64,000 nucleotides of DNA from a virus (lineage: Duplodnaviria; Caudoviricetes): positions 64,001 through 128,000 of IMG/VR virus record IMGVR_UViG_3300023053_000001, one strand, 5' to 3'. This document shows positions 1-10,271 of the stretch, piece by piece. Within the stretch, counting starts at the first letter, position 1. Each line of letters opens with the position of its first letter. A program made the translations under genes and the position numbers. A model generated the notes under the pieces. It was not told where the DNA came from and did not search any database. It saw only the letters and a list, made by a program, of their open reading frames with translations.

Positions 1-1
1 C

Positions 2-1117
2 AAGCAGCTACGGGAACAGGGTTGGTTCCGGGAAGAACTTCCGGACCTGACCACACTGTTGGATCTGGTGGCCATCGGCACAGTCGCCGACTTGGTGCCG
101 CTGGATCACAACAACCGTATTTTGGTCGAGGCGGGATTGAACAACATCCGCAATGGCCGTACCAGTCAAGGTGTGCTGGCACTGATCACCTCGGCCGGTA
201 AGAATTACCAAACGCTCACTGCTACCGACATCGGGTTCTCCGTCGCCCCGCGGCTCAATGCCGCAGGACGATTGGAGAACATGGCATTGGGCGTTATTGC
301 TTTGCTTTGCGATGAGAAGGAACGGGCAGAGGCGTTGGTCCATCAGCTGGAAAAGATCAATACCGATCGCCGTGAGAAACAAGCCAGCATGATCGAAGAG
401 GCCGAGCGTATCGCAGCCTCTACCGAGAAAGCTGATGGGATGGGCATTACCGTCTACGATCCGACATGGCATGCCGGTCTGGTTGGACTGGTGGCCTCAC
501 GACTGAAAGAGTCGATGTGGCGTCCGGTGTTTGCACTGGCCTCGGCCGGTGAGGACCATCCCGATGAAGTACGTGGCTCCGGTCGTTCCATCCCAGGATT
601 CCATTTGCGTGATGCCCTGTCCATTGTGGATGCGCGCAACCCGGGACTGATGCCCAAGTACGGTGGCCATGCAATGGCCGCAGGTCTGAGTCTGAAGACG
701 GCTGACATTCCTCGATTCACCAAAGCCTTCGATGACGCAGCTCGTGAAATGCTGACGCCAGACATGCTGGAAGTGGAGATCATCTCTGAAGGCGAATTGC
801 CGGCAGGGCAGATCAACCTTGATACCGGTTGGCTGTTGCGTCGATCCGGTCCGTGGGGTCAGTTGTTCCCCGAACCTGTGTTTGATGGCGTCTTCGACGT
901 GGTCAATTTCAAGATCATGGGGAAAGACCAGACCCATCTGAAACTTACGTTGGCCGATGTCCGCGATGGGTCCACTGTGGATGCCATCTGGTTCGGCGGT
1001 TACGCCAAGGGCGAAGATCCGCCCAAGCGTTGCCGTGTCGGGTACACCCTCGACGTCAACATCTACTATAGCCGACAAACGCCCCAGCTGATGGTGCGTT
1101 TCTTAGAGGGAGTTTGA
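2..1117 (+). CDS. recJ: RecJ/DHH-family ssDNA exonuclease, 5'-truncated by the window edge
   Basis: DLVAIGTVADLVPL..NR, PRLNAAGRL, WHAGLVGLVASRL, RGSGRSI, GGHAMAAGL and FGQLFPEP-like motifs. The frame is open from base 2. Confidence 0.9.
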   Translation, partial: KQLREQGWFREELPDLTTLLDLVAIGTVADLVPLDHNNRILVEAGLNNIRNGRTSQGVLALITSAGKNYQTLTATDIGFSVAPRLNAAGRLENMALGVIALLCDEKERAEALVHQLEKINTDRREKQASMIEEAERIAASTEKADGMGITVYDPTWHAGLVGLVASRLKESMWRPVFALASAGEDHPDEVRGSGRSIPGFHLRDALSIVDARNPGLMPKYGGHAMAAGLSLKTADIPRFTKAFDDAAREMLTPDMLEVEIISEGELPAGQINLDTGWLLRRSGPWGQLFPEPVFDGVFDVVNFKIMGKDQTHLKLTLADVRDGSTVDAIWFGGYAKGEDPPKRCRVGYTLDVNIYYSRQTPQLMVRFLEGV

Positions 1118-1118
1118 C

Positions 1119-1409
1119 ATGAACACCATTCCGATCCCCGGACCCGACGCCGTCCGACTGATCGATGAACAGAAGGTCAGTTCCGCCTCCGGTGAAATCG
1201 CATCGTTCCTGATCGACCCGGAGAAACTGAAAGGCTTTATCATCAGTCGCAGTCCGCGTCGCTTCCAGTTCCACCTCAACCGCTACCAGCTCAACAGCGA
1301 TGAGCAGGACAAGTTGGCCCAGATCTTCCAGTCCGGCGGTTGGAAGGCCAAGATTGTCCATGGCCAGATGACCGACCAAGACTCGGTCTACCTGAACTTG
1401 GAGGGTTGA
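1119..1409 (+). CDS. hypothetical protein (96 aa)
   Basis: GAGGGAG RBS, tight packing after recJ, GC3-rich codons. Confidence 0.7.
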   Translation: MNTIPIPGPDAVRLIDEQKVSSASGEIASFLIDPEKLKGFIISRSPRRFQFHLNRYQLNSDEQDKLAQIFQSGGWKAKIVHGQMTDQDSVYLNLEG

Positions 1410-1410
1410 T

Positions 1411-1815
1411 ATGGCACGTGTAATGGACGGTAAGTTGGTGGGCGATCCACCTTCGGACAACGACCTCATTGCCAAGATGTTGGACGGCAGTCGTCCCATG
1501 TCCACGCATACCCTGCAGATCGACGATGATCGCGTACAGCACGTTCGGTTGGCCTATGAGCTGCCCGCCACCAGTCGCCGACCCTACGCTGCTCCGATCA
1601 GTCCCTGGGCCCTGCATGATGGCCTCGATGACTTCTGGGTCATCGGCAAGCGTCGCGATGGTACGGAGTTCTATCTGCAGGCGCAGGTGGATTACACCAT
1701 CGACCGGAAGGAGCGGAATGCGGTCATGACGGAGAACGGCGAGCGGTTGATCCGCACGCAGGGTCTGCAGATCGAGATCTACGCTCATTACGCCTCTATG
1801 GGAGGCCGGCACTGA
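1411..1815 (+). CDS. hypothetical protein (134 aa)
   Basis: GAGGG RBS; TGATG overlap with the next gene. Confidence 0.7.
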   Translation: MARVMDGKLVGDPPSDNDLIAKMLDGSRPMSTHTLQIDDDRVQHVRLAYELPATSRRPYAAPISPWALHDGLDDFWVIGKRRDGTEFYLQAQVDYTIDRKERNAVMTENGERLIRTQGLQIEIYAHYASMGGRH

Positions 1816-2297
1816 TGACCATGCGCATCATGGAGCCCAAGGACGTCCGGGCCATCGTCGTCCACTGTACCGCCACGCCGGTTGGTATTCCCTCGGTCGT
1901 GGAACATGTCCGGCGTATGCATGTGGTGGAGAACCAGTGGGATGCCATTGGGTACCACTTCATCATCGATCGTGCGGGCGTCAGGCACGGTTGCCGCCCC
2001 ATGATGTTCCGCGGCGCACATGCCGTGACTGCCAATGCCCACTCTTTGGGCATTGCGCTGGAAGGCGGTATCGACGGCGAGGCCAAGCCGGTCAACAACT
2101 ATACTGAGGAGCAGTTCAAAACTCTGTACACGTTGATCCGCGAACTCCGCGGTAAGTTCCCCACGATCTTGGAAACCTTCGGCCACTGTGACCTGCAGCG
2201 CGACGCGGGTTTCAAGTCATGTCCGTGCTTTGACGTGCGGGCATGGTTGACCAAGGAAGATCAGAAGTGGTGGAGCCGGCAACTGAGGCTGGCGTAA
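1815..2297 (+). CDS. N-acetylmuramoyl-L-alanine amidase (T7-lysozyme/Amidase_2 type)
   Basis: IVVHCTAT, IGYHFII, GAHA..AN..S.GI.LEGG, GHCD and KSCPCFDV zinc-amidase motifs. Confidence 0.88.
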   Translation: MTMRIMEPKDVRAIVVHCTATPVGIPSVVEHVRRMHVVENQWDAIGYHFIIDRAGVRHGCRPMMFRGAHAVTANAHSLGIALEGGIDGEAKPVNNYTEEQFKTLYTLIRELRGKFPTILETFGHCDLQRDAGFKSCPCFDVRAWLTKEDQKWWSRQLRLA

Positions 2298-2300
2298 TCA

Positions 2301-2338
2301 TCCCCCGAGTCCGTAAAGGGCTCGGGGGGCTTATGTCG
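2301..2338 (+). terminator. GC hairpin followed by TTATGTCG
   Basis: CCCCCGAGTCC-GTAA-AGGGCTCGGGGG directly after the amidase stop. Confidence 0.7.
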
Positions 2339-2427
2339 TTTTTCTTTTACCCCCTCGGGAGGGATGATATGGGGAAAGTCGTGCCCATCCACTAGATGGG
2401 TCAATTTACGCAACAGGGGTTACACCC

Positions 2428-3237
2428 ATGGCTAAGAACACAGCTGCCCGGAAAGAAAAGAAAAGTCGCGGTCGAGACAACGCACGTTTCAATACCGTGA
2501 CCGACATCAGTGAAGCTCGTCAAGCTCGTAACACGCCCAAGAGTCTGAAACACCGGGAACGTGACAACGAGCGCTTCTCTGAACAGCGAGCGCTTGTTGC
2601 ACGAAATCCGCAGCAGGCCGCCTTGATCGCCGCACTGGACAGCAACCGCATTACGGTTGCCACCGGACCGGCTGGTACGGGCAAGACTTTCGTGGGCATG
2701 ATGAAGATGTGCCAGCTGCTCCAGGCCGGGAAGATCGAGCGGATCGTCCTGACCCGCCCGATCGTCGAGGCGTGCGGTGAGAAGCTGGGGTTCCTGCCGG
2801 GCGACATCATGGAAAAGGTGATGCCCTACCTGAAGCCCTACTTCAAGGCACTGATCCAGTTCTACGGAACCCGCGAGCACGTGGAGCGTCTGGTCAAGGA
2901 AGGCAAGATCGAAGTCTCCCCGCTGGCTTACATGCGCGGTGAAACCTTCGACGACGCCGGCATCATCCTGGACGAAGCGCAGAACACCATCCCTGAGCAG
3001 ATGAAGATGTTCCTGACCCGCATGGGCCGGAACTCGCGCGTGCTCGTGGACGGTGACGTGCGCCAGTCGGACATGCGTGGCCGCGATGGTCTTTCCGACC
3101 TGATGGCCCGTGTGCATCTGATGGACAGCCTGGGCCACATCGAGCTGACCAAGATCGAGCGCGATCCGATCGTGGAAGAAGTGCTCAATGCTTACGCCGT
3201 GGACGTCTACGCCAACCCGGCGCCTGTTGCTGAATGA
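2428..3237 (+). CDS. phoH: PhoH-like ATPase
   Basis: GPAGTGKT, LTRP.VE.GE.LGFLPGD, PLAYMRG.TF, ILDEAQN, GD..QSD. Confidence 0.93.
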   Translation: MAKNTAARKEKKSRGRDNARFNTVTDISEARQARNTPKSLKHRERDNERFSEQRALVARNPQQAALIAALDSNRITVATGPAGTGKTFVGMMKMCQLLQAGKIERIVLTRPIVEACGEKLGFLPGDIMEKVMPYLKPYFKALIQFYGTREHVERLVKEGKIEVSPLAYMRGETFDDAGIILDEAQNTIPEQMKMFLTRMGRNSRVLVDGDVRQSDMRGRDGLSDLMARVHLMDSLGHIELTKIERDPIVEEVLNAYAVDVYANPAPVAE

Positions 3238-3243
3238 CCCACT

Positions 3244-3280
3244 GCCCCTCCTGCCTTCGGGCGGGAGGGGTTTGTGTCGG
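3244..3280 (+). terminator. GC hairpin with cUUCGg loop
   Basis: GCCCCTCCTGCC-TTCG-GGCGGGAGGGGT then TTGTGTCGG. Confidence 0.75.
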
Positions 3281-3325
3281 TATTTATTTGGCGTTCGATC
3301 TCACCCTATGACCAAGGAGAGAGCC

Positions 3326-3589
3326 ATGGCCACAACTACCCGTCGCAAATACGCCCATCGCCCGATCCAGCAGTGCACTGGCTGCAACTGGTTCGACAGC
3401 GGTGAAGAGTTCAATAGCGGTGAGCAATCACTGCCCTGTCCGTGCTGTGGTAAGAGCACCACTGCCCGAGTGGGTCGTTTCATCGACACCATCCGTACCT
3501 ATCTGTTCGGGCTGATCAACCTGCGCATTCGCCGTGAGGTGGAATGGTGGTTTGATCCGATCAATGAAGTTCCGCCGGGTAAAGTTTAA
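3326..3589 (+). CDS. small putative zinc-ribbon protein (87 aa)
   Basis: AGGAGA RBS before ATG 3326; CTGC...CPCC cysteine pairs. Confidence 0.6.
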   Translation: MATTTRRKYAHRPIQQCTGCNWFDSGEEFNSGEQSLPCPCCGKSTTARVGRFIDTIRTYLFGLINLRIRREVEWWFDPINEVPPGKV

Positions 3590-3688
3590 CCGCCGGCAGC
3601 GATAGTTTGTAAGAGTAGTCGTGCAACACCAGTGTGGATTCGGTTAGGGACTGAATGACCTTGCTACGGTCAACCTAACTGGTGAAAC

Positions 3689-4114
3689 ATGAATACTCTT
3701 ACTGTCAAAGATACGTCCATTGCACTTCCTGATTTCATTGTCGAACGAGCCGGCATCCATCCTACCCAGGGGGCATTCCAAATCCACTTCACGAATGGCA
3801 ACATTCTGGAGTTGATCGACAATGGTCAAGACTGTTGCGAAAACCGGTACATCACGTGCGATGATGATCTCGAAGGCCTTCAGGGTCAGCGGATTGTTTC
3901 CATTGAGGTGGCCGGTATTGCAGAGGTACTCGAAACGAACGACGGCGACAGTCATGAGCAGGTTTTCGTCCGTATCCAGTTCTCACGGTTCGCCGTGACG
4001 CTGTGTACGCACAACGAACACAACGGCTACTACGGAGGCTTCTGCCTCGAGGTACGCCTGCTGGCTCAGGACGGTCGCTGCGTCGCTCACAAAGAGCTTT
4101 CTACGGACGTCTGA
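3689..4114 (+). CDS. hypothetical phage protein with QDCCE and HNGYYGG motifs
   Basis: Clean ORF between a promoter-like AT-rich stretch and a hairpin; the motif pattern resembles conserved phage hypotheticals. Confidence 0.7.
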   Translation: MNTLTVKDTSIALPDFIVERAGIHPTQGAFQIHFTNGNILELIDNGQDCCENRYITCDDDLEGLQGQRIVSIEVAGIAEVLETNDGDSHEQVFVRIQFSRFAVTLCTHNEHNGYYGGFCLEVRLLAQDGRCVAHKELSTDV

Positions 4115-4115
4115 G

Positions 4116-4154
4116 GCATACCCGAGGCCCTCCGGGGCCTCGGTTTTTATGCCG
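4116..4154 (+). terminator. hairpin followed by TTTTTATGCCG
   Basis: CCGAGGCCC-TCCG-GGGCCTCGG + T tract. Confidence 0.75.
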
Positions 4155-4445
4155 TCTGGGCGTTTTGGCAACCTGACCAAATAGGATAAGGGTGCGGAAA
4201 AAATCACCCTCCCGATCCGACTCCATTGGTATGAGTCAGGAAGAAAAACCCGCGCCCAAAAGACCCTGCGACGCACTTCAAAGCAGGTCTATGTGGCGGG
4301 TGAAGGGGGCTATGGCCTCTGGGTGTAAAACTTGAACAGCCGATCTGACGGTATAGACGGACACCGCCTACTCACCCAAATTCCGATCATGCGTAGCGGG
4401 TGTGATCATTGTCCATTCGAATTCAGTTACAGGAACTTTTCAATC

Positions 4446-4691
4446 ATGAGCGACAACAAGAGCCCCATCATCGTCTTCTCCAAGAACGGCTGCGTCCAGT
4501 GCGACATGACCAAGCGGCGCCTGCAGGCACGTGGTCTGGACTTCGAAGTGAAGATGATCGATGCCACGGGTGACGTGGGTCAGGCCAACATGGCCGAGTT
4601 CCAGACCCACGGTCTTCGCAACATGCCTGTCGTGGTTGCCGGCGAACGCAAGTGGGCCGGTTTCCAGCCTGACCAGATCGCCGCGCTGTAA
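4446..4691 (+). CDS. nrdH: glutaredoxin-like NrdH redoxin
   Basis: CVQC redox motif, MPVVV and WAGFQPD; first gene of nrdHIEF. Confidence 0.9.
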   Translation: MSDNKSPIIVFSKNGCVQCDMTKRRLQARGLDFEVKMIDATGDVGQANMAEFQTHGLRNMPVVVAGERKWAGFQPDQIAAL

Positions 4692-4696
4692 GCTGC

Positions 4697-5137
4697 ATGA
4701 GCATCTTGGTCTACTATTCGACCAAGTCCGGCAATACCCACCGATTCGTTGAAAAGGTGGGGTTGCCGGCTCGACGCATCCCCATTTCCAAGGCGGATGG
4801 GCCGATGCTGGAGGTCGATGAGGACTACATCCTCATCTGCCCCACCTACGGTGGTGGAGAAGTCAAGGGTAGCGTTCCGATGCAGGTGAAGCGATTCCTT
4901 GCAAACGAAAACAATGCGCGACACCTCAAAGGGGTCATCGCTGCAGGTAACACCAATTTCGGCACGGCGTTCTGCCTGGCCGGCAAACTCATCTCTCAGC
5001 GCTTCGACGTTCCGCATCTCTACAACGTGGAGATCTTTGGTACGCCGGAGGATGTCGAAAAAGTCAAAACCGGAGTAATGCAATTTTGGACACGATCGCA
5101 ACCAGTACCGCAGTCGCCCAGCGCGATGATGTCATGA
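4697..5137 (+). CDS. nrdI: flavodoxin-like NrdI
   Basis: [39 protein letters not shown]. Confidence 0.95.
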   Translation: MSILVYYSTKSGNTHRFVEKVGLPARRIPISKADGPMLEVDEDYILICPTYGGGEVKGSVPMQVKRFLANENNARHLKGVIAAGNTNFGTAFCLAGKLISQRFDVPHLYNVEIFGTPEDVEKVKTGVMQFWTRSQPVPQSPSAMMS

Positions 5138-7224
5138 GCTATTTCGACCTGAACGCGATGTTGGCGTTCAAGGACGCCAACGGCAAGCTGCAGCTGGGTA
5201 AGGACCGCGAGGCGGCCAAGCAGTATTTCCTCCAGTTCGTCAACCAGAACACCACCTTCTTCCACAACCTGGGCGAGAAGCTGAACTACCTGGTCGAGCA
5301 CAAGCACTACGACGAAAGCATCCTGTCGCTGTACGACTTCGAGTTCATCAAGGCGCGCTTCAAGCAGGCCTACGCCTACAAGCACCGCTTCCGCACCCTG
5401 ATGGGCGCCCTGAAGTATTACACCAGCTACAACCTGCGCACCAACGACGGCAAGCGCTTCCTGGAGCGCTTCGAAGACCGCGTGGTCATGAACGCCCTGA
5501 CCCTGGCCAACGGTGACCGTGAGCTGGCCATCGCCGTGGTCGATGAAATCATGACCGGCCGCTACCAGCCGGCCACCCCGACCTTCCTCAACGCCGGCCG
5601 CAAGCAGCGCGGTGAGCTGGTCTCCTGCTTCCTGATGCGCATGGAAGACAACATGGAGTCCATCGGTCGTGGCATCAACGGTTCCCTGCAGCTGTCCAAG
5701 CGTGGCGGCGGCGTAGCCCTGTGCCTGACCAACCTGCGTGAAGCTGGCGCTCCGATCAAGGGCATTGCCAATGCCGCCCGTGGTCCGGTGCCGGTGATGA
5801 AGATCCTGGACACCGCCTTCGCCTATGCCGACCAGCTGGGTCAGCGCCAGGGCGCCGGTGCGGTGTACATCTCGGCCGCCCATCCGGACCTGCTGAAGGT
5901 GCTGGACACCAAGCGCGAGAACGCCGACGAACTGACCCGCATCAAGATGCTCTCCCTCGGCGTGGTCGTGCCGGACATCATGATGGAGAAGGCCGCCGCT
6001 GGCGAGGACTTCTACCAGTTCTCCCCGTACGACGTGCAGCGCATCTACGGCAAGGCTCTGAGCGACATCAGCGTCACCGACATGTACGAAACCCTGCTCG
6101 ATGACGGCCGCATCCGCAAGACCAAGGCCAATGCCCGTGCCATCCTCACGCGCATCGCCGAGCTGAACATGGAATCGGGCTACCCGTACATCCTGTTCGA
6201 AGACGCCGCCAACCGCCAGAACCCGATCGCCGGCCGGATCTCCATGTCCAACCTGTGTTCGGAAATCCTGCAGGTCAGCGAGCCGTCGACCTACAACGAA
6301 GACCTGTCCTACAACCAGATGGGCAAGGACATCTCTTGCAACCTCGGTTCGATGAACGTGGCCAACGTCATCGCCGGCGGTGATCTGGACGCATCGGTGC
6401 GCATCGCAGTGCGCGCACTGACCGTGGTGGCAGCGACCTGCAACATCAGTTCGGTCCCCTCCATCCAGAAGGGTAACGATGACACCCGTGCCATCGGCCT
6501 GGGTCAGATGAACCTGCATGGCTTCCTGATGTCCAAGGGCGTGGCCTACGACAGCCCGAAGGCCCGTAGCTTTGCCCGTGCGTACTTCGCAGCGATCAAC
6601 TACTACAGCCTGAAGGCCTCGATGGAACTGGCCCGGGAAACCGGCCGTCCGTTCGCCGGCTTCGAAAACTCCGCATATGCGGACGGTTCGTACTTCACCA
6701 AGTACCTGGAGAAGGACTTCAACCCGAAGACCGACGAAGTGCGCGCCCTGTTCGGCGACTGCGCCCTGCCGACCCTGGAGAACTGGGAATGGCTGATGGG
6801 CATGGTCCAGCAGCACGGTCTGTATCACGCCTACCGTCAGGCCGTCGCGCCCAACGGTTCGATCGCCTACATCAACGACGCCACCTCTTCGATCCATCCG
6901 ACTGCCTCGGTCATCGAGCGTCGTCCGGAAGGCAAGACCGGCGAACGTTACTACCCGGCCCCGTACCTGACCGATGAGAACGCGTCGTCCTACCTGGACG
7001 CGTACCAGATCGGCTGGAAGGCGCAGATCGACATGTACGCCGAAGCGAACGTGCACGTGGATCAGGGCCTGTCCCTGACCCTGTTCATGCCGGCCTCGGT
7101 GACGACGCGCGACATCAATCAGGCCCAGATCTACGCGTGGAAGAAGGGTATCCGTACCATCTACTACGTGCGACTGGCAGAGAAACCGCTGGAAGGCACC
7201 GAGTGTGAATCCTGCAAGGCATAA
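5086..7224 (+). CDS. nrdE: class Ib ribonucleotide reductase large subunit
   Basis: [36 protein letters not shown] and C-terminal CESC; TTG start overlapping nrdI. Confidence 0.96.
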   Translation: MDTIATSTAVAQRDDVMSYFDLNAMLAFKDANGKLQLGKDREAAKQYFLQFVNQNTTFFHNLGEKLNYLVEHKHYDESILSLYDFEFIKARFKQAYAYKHRFRTLMGALKYYTSYNLRTNDGKRFLERFEDRVVMNALTLANGDRELAIAVVDEIMTGRYQPATPTFLNAGRKQRGELVSCFLMRMEDNMESIGRGINGSLQLSKRGGGVALCLTNLREAGAPIKGIANAARGPVPVMKILDTAFAYADQLGQRQGAGAVYISAAHPDLLKVLDTKRENADELTRIKMLSLGVVVPDIMMEKAAAGEDFYQFSPYDVQRIYGKALSDISVTDMYETLLDDGRIRKTKANARAILTRIAELNMESGYPYILFEDAANRQNPIAGRISMSNLCSEILQVSEPSTYNEDLSYNQMGKDISCNLGSMNVANVIAGGDLDASVRIAVRALTVVAATCNISSVPSIQKGNDDTRAIGLGQMNLHGFLMSKGVAYDSPKARSFARAYFAAINYYSLKASMELARETGRPFAGFENSAYADGSYFTKYLEKDFNPKTDEVRALFGDCALPTLENWEWLMGMVQQHGLYHAYRQAVAPNGSIAYINDATSSIHPTASVIERRPEGKTGERYYPAPYLTDENASSYLDAYQIGWKAQIDMYAEANVHVDQGLSLTLFMPASVTTRDINQAQIYAWKKGIRTIYYVRLAEKPLEGTECESCKA

Positions 7225-7235
7225 CGAGAAACATC

Positions 7236-8246
7236 ATGCTTGACGCAACCGCTGCAACCGAATACCCGGATGTTGAAGCCATCAACTGGAACGAGCCTGC
7301 CGACCCGAAAGACGTCGAGGTGTTCGACCGGCTGGTGAAGAACTTCTGGGTTCCTGAAAAGATCCCGATGTCGGGTGACCTGCCCTCGTGGGCAACCCTG
7401 ACCGCTGAAGAGCAGGAAACGACCGAGCAGGCCTTTGCGGGCCTGACGCTGTTGGACACCCTGCAGTCCTCGCACGGCGCCAAGATGCTGATCGACGACG
7501 CGGTGACGCAACAGGAAGAGGCGGTCTACGCCAACATCATCTTCATGGAAGCGATCCACGCCAAGTCCTACAGCAACATCTTCACCACGCTGTGCTCGAC
7601 CGAGCGCATCCGTGAGATCTTCCGCTGGGCCCGTGAGAACGAGTTCCTGCAGAAGAAGAAGAACATCGTGCTGAGCCGTTACTACGGCAGCGACCCGTTC
7701 AAGCGCAAGATCGCCTCGGTCCTGTTGGAGTCGTTCCTGTTCTACAGCGGCTTCTTCCTGCCGCTGTACTGGGATAGTCGCCAGAAGCTGCCCAACACCG
7801 CGAACATGATCAAGCTGATCATCCGCGATGAAGCAGTCCACGGCTACTACATCGGCTACAAGTACCAGACCCAGGTGGCCAACCTCTCGGCCGAGCGCCA
7901 GCAGGAACTGAAGGACTTCACCTACGAGCTGCTGATGGAGTTGTACGACAACGAGGTGCTCTACACCCAGTCGCTGTACGACAAGATCGGTCTGACCGAG
8001 CAGGTCAAGAAGTTCCTGCACTACAACGCCAACAAGGCCCTGATGAACCTGGGCTACGACGCGCTGTTCCCGGCGTCGGTGTGTGATGTCAATCCGTCCA
8101 TCCTGGCCGCGCTCGCCCCGGAAGGAGCCGTCAACCACGACTTCTTCTCGGTGCAGGGTTCGACCTACAAGATGGCCGAAGTGGCGCCCACCACCGACGA
8201 TGACTGGAAAGTCACCGTCGACGAAGACGAAGAGGAGGAAATGTGA
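7236..8246 (+). CDS. nrdF: class Ib ribonucleotide reductase small subunit
   Basis: LTLLDT, MEAIHAKSY, LESFLFYSGF and IRDEAVHG; all six metal ligands and the radical Tyr are present. Confidence 0.96.
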   Translation: MLDATAATEYPDVEAINWNEPADPKDVEVFDRLVKNFWVPEKIPMSGDLPSWATLTAEEQETTEQAFAGLTLLDTLQSSHGAKMLIDDAVTQQEEAVYANIIFMEAIHAKSYSNIFTTLCSTERIREIFRWARENEFLQKKKNIVLSRYYGSDPFKRKIASVLLESFLFYSGFFLPLYWDSRQKLPNTANMIKLIIRDEAVHGYYIGYKYQTQVANLSAERQQELKDFTYELLMELYDNEVLYTQSLYDKIGLTEQVKKFLHYNANKALMNLGYDALFPASVCDVNPSILAALAPEGAVNHDFFSVQGSTYKMAEVAPTTDDDWKVTVDEDEEEEM

Positions 8247-8247
8247 C

Positions 8248-8730
8248 ATGAAGATCATCCGCATGATCCTCGTGTATCTGGCCTCGATGGTCCTGTCCAA
8301 GGAACTGGCCGCACTGGAACGCTACCGGCTGAGCATTCAGCAGGCCGACCAGTGGCTGGCTTCGCACCCGGAGTACGTGGAACTGCTGAAGTGGCTGAAG
8401 GGCGAAGGTGAAGGTACCGACGCCCTGCACATCGGCAAGCTGCGTGCGGATCTGGTGGCCCGGCAGGAGAACCACTTCGAGCAACTGCTGCAGAAGTACC
8501 TGGACGGTTACCTGCGTGCTGATGGTTCCCGTCAGTACGTCCCGCCCATGGTGCGTGAGCGTCTGGAACAGTTCATGGCCGGTGGTCCGGTCATCGATCT
8601 GTCCAAGGGCAGTTCGGCACATCTGGAAGCCGTGGGTGAGCGCATGCGCACCGGACTGCATCTGGCACAGCTGCGTATCCCGCTGCCCGGTGAACCCGGT
8701 GCAGAGCCCACCTCCGAAGTGTCGGCATAA
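8248..8730 (+). CDS. hypothetical protein (160 aa) at the end of the nrd transcription unit
   Basis: GAGGAGG RBS inside the nrdF tail; strongly GC3-biased codons. Confidence 0.75.
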   Translation: MKIIRMILVYLASMVLSKELAALERYRLSIQQADQWLASHPEYVELLKWLKGEGEGTDALHIGKLRADLVARQENHFEQLLQKYLDGYLRADGSRQYVPPMVRERLEQFMAGGPVIDLSKGSSAHLEAVGERMRTGLHLAQLRIPLPGEPGAEPTSEVSA

Positions 8731-8735
8731 GCGTC

Positions 8736-8774
8736 ACGCCCCTCCTGCCTTCGGGCGGGAGGGGTTTTATGCCG
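8736..8774 (+). terminator. cUUCGg hairpin followed by TTTTATGCCG
   Basis: GCCCCTCCTGCC-TTCG-GGCGGGAGGGGT, the same hairpin sequence as the 3244 element. Confidence 0.8.
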
Positions 8775-8880
8775 GATCATCGTAAACAATTACAAACCTA
8801 CAACATCCATATGCTACCCATAAGGATCGAATGTTCGGTCGGCGTAGCTTTCTGTTGTTTATACCTATTGAGAGGTAGCG

Positions 8881-9747
8881 ATGAGTCAGTTTGTGAAAAC
8901 CATTGAGATGCCCGGCGAGTGGATTCAATCCAACGTTGGCAACGGCGTTAACCTGAGACCGATCCACGAGATCTATGACTGGGCCATGGAGAACATGCAG
9001 CCTGGCGAGGAAGTCGTGGGGTTCTATCCGGGTTGGACGCAGAACCACTACACGCGCAACACGTTCCGCATTCGTCGTCGCAGCTGTTACGCCGAGGGTG
9101 TCGTCTGCATGCCCAATGAAGTCATCGTACTTCGCTGCGGTGAAGTCGGTCTGTACTACCTGCCAGGGTTGATCGACGTTGGGATGATTGAATCGCGCCT
9201 GTCCGAACGTGCCAGCGCTAAACGTTTTGAACGTGACCGCGCGCAACACAAAACGTACCTGCGGGTACTGGACATGTCGACTGGCAAGCATAGCTGGCAG
9301 GATACTCGCCAGTTCCGCGTGGAGGATACCTTCTCCATGCTGCACGATCAGATACCGGCCCACATCGGCTGGGCGTCCATGACGATGCGTCGGATGTTCG
9401 CCTCGGCCAGGCCGTGGGAACTCTACACCGAAGACCTCGACGACGAACGCAGGGCCGAAGTGCTGGAAGAAGCCAAGTCCCGCGCTATCTTCCCCACAGG
9501 ACAATCGCGCGACGTACGGGATCTGCTGTACAACACTCCTTACAACGATGCGGCCCGATTCATTTTCGACGGCGGAAACACGTCCTATGAATTGGTTACG
9601 CCTGAATTCATCCAGGCCTACCGCGCAGTGCGTGACTGGGTCGACCAATTCCCGATTCATCTCAAGGTCTCGGACAAGGACGAACAGCGCGCCAGTCTTT
9701 TCGATCTCATCGAGCAGCTCCGCTCCCTTCTGAACATCAAGATCTGA
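8881..9747 (+). CDS. hypothetical protein (288 aa)
   Basis: GAGG RBS, AT-rich upstream region, long ORF. Confidence 0.75.
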   Translation: MSQFVKTIEMPGEWIQSNVGNGVNLRPIHEIYDWAMENMQPGEEVVGFYPGWTQNHYTRNTFRIRRRSCYAEGVVCMPNEVIVLRCGEVGLYYLPGLIDVGMIESRLSERASAKRFERDRAQHKTYLRVLDMSTGKHSWQDTRQFRVEDTFSMLHDQIPAHIGWASMTMRRMFASARPWELYTEDLDDERRAEVLEEAKSRAIFPTGQSRDVRDLLYNTPYNDAARFIFDGGNTSYELVTPEFIQAYRAVRDWVDQFPIHLKVSDKDEQRASLFDLIEQLRSLLNIKI

Positions 9748-9762
9748 CCACAAGAGAACCCA

Positions 9763-10227
9763 ATGAAGATCCTCGCTTCTTTCCCTGGTGTGGGTAAGTC
9801 CCACCTCGCTACCCAGCACCCGGAGCTGTACGACATCGAGCAGCACGAATGGCCGCAGTTGCGTCAGGCCAATCCGGATAAAACCGTGGCCGAACTGGCG
9901 GTGATGTTTGCCGACCGTGTGGACTCGGCCATCCAGAAGGGCTACTCGGTGTTCATCCCGGCCCACAACGAAGTGGCCGATGAACTGGTGCGCCGTGGAC
10001 ATGAAGTCATCTTCGTGTACCCGACCCGTCAGTGCAAGGATGAATACATCCGTCGCATGGCGATGCGCGGTACGCATCAGATCGCTCAGCTGTTCGCCCA
10101 ACGCTGGGATGAACTGATCGATCGTGCGCTGGTGCGTAAGTACGTCAAGCACGTGGTGATCGGTGCCGGTCAGTATCTGTCGGACATCGTGACCTTCGAC
10201 GCTGACGGCTTCGTCGTCAAAGCCTGA
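9763..10227 (+). CDS. small P-loop NTPase / nucleotide-kinase-like protein
   Basis: N-terminal FPGVGKS Walker A motif. Confidence 0.65.
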   Translation: MKILASFPGVGKSHLATQHPELYDIEQHEWPQLRQANPDKTVAELAVMFADRVDSAIQKGYSVFIPAHNEVADELVRRGHEVIFVYPTRQCKDEYIRRMAMRGTHQIAQLFAQRWDELIDRALVRKYVKHVVIGAGQYLSDIVTFDADGFVVKA

Positions 10228-10231
10228 CCCT

Positions 10232-10255
10232 AGTGGGGAGGGCAACCTCCCCACT
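10232..10255. terminator. GNRA-loop hairpin
   Basis: AGTGGGGAGG-GCAA-CCTCCCCACT perfect 10-bp stem. Confidence 0.55.
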
Positions 10256-10271
10256 CTCAGCGAGAACTGAA

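Noticed and set aside
4175-4290. Cobalamin riboswitch upstream of nrdH (AATAGG, GAGTCAGGA, AGACC-CTGC fragments)
   Set aside because: The core CCCGCAACTGT and GGGAA elements are missing and the spacing is wrong.
7236-8246. Metal-free class Ie RNR
   Set aside because: All carboxylate and His ligands are conserved, so it is ordinary class Ib.
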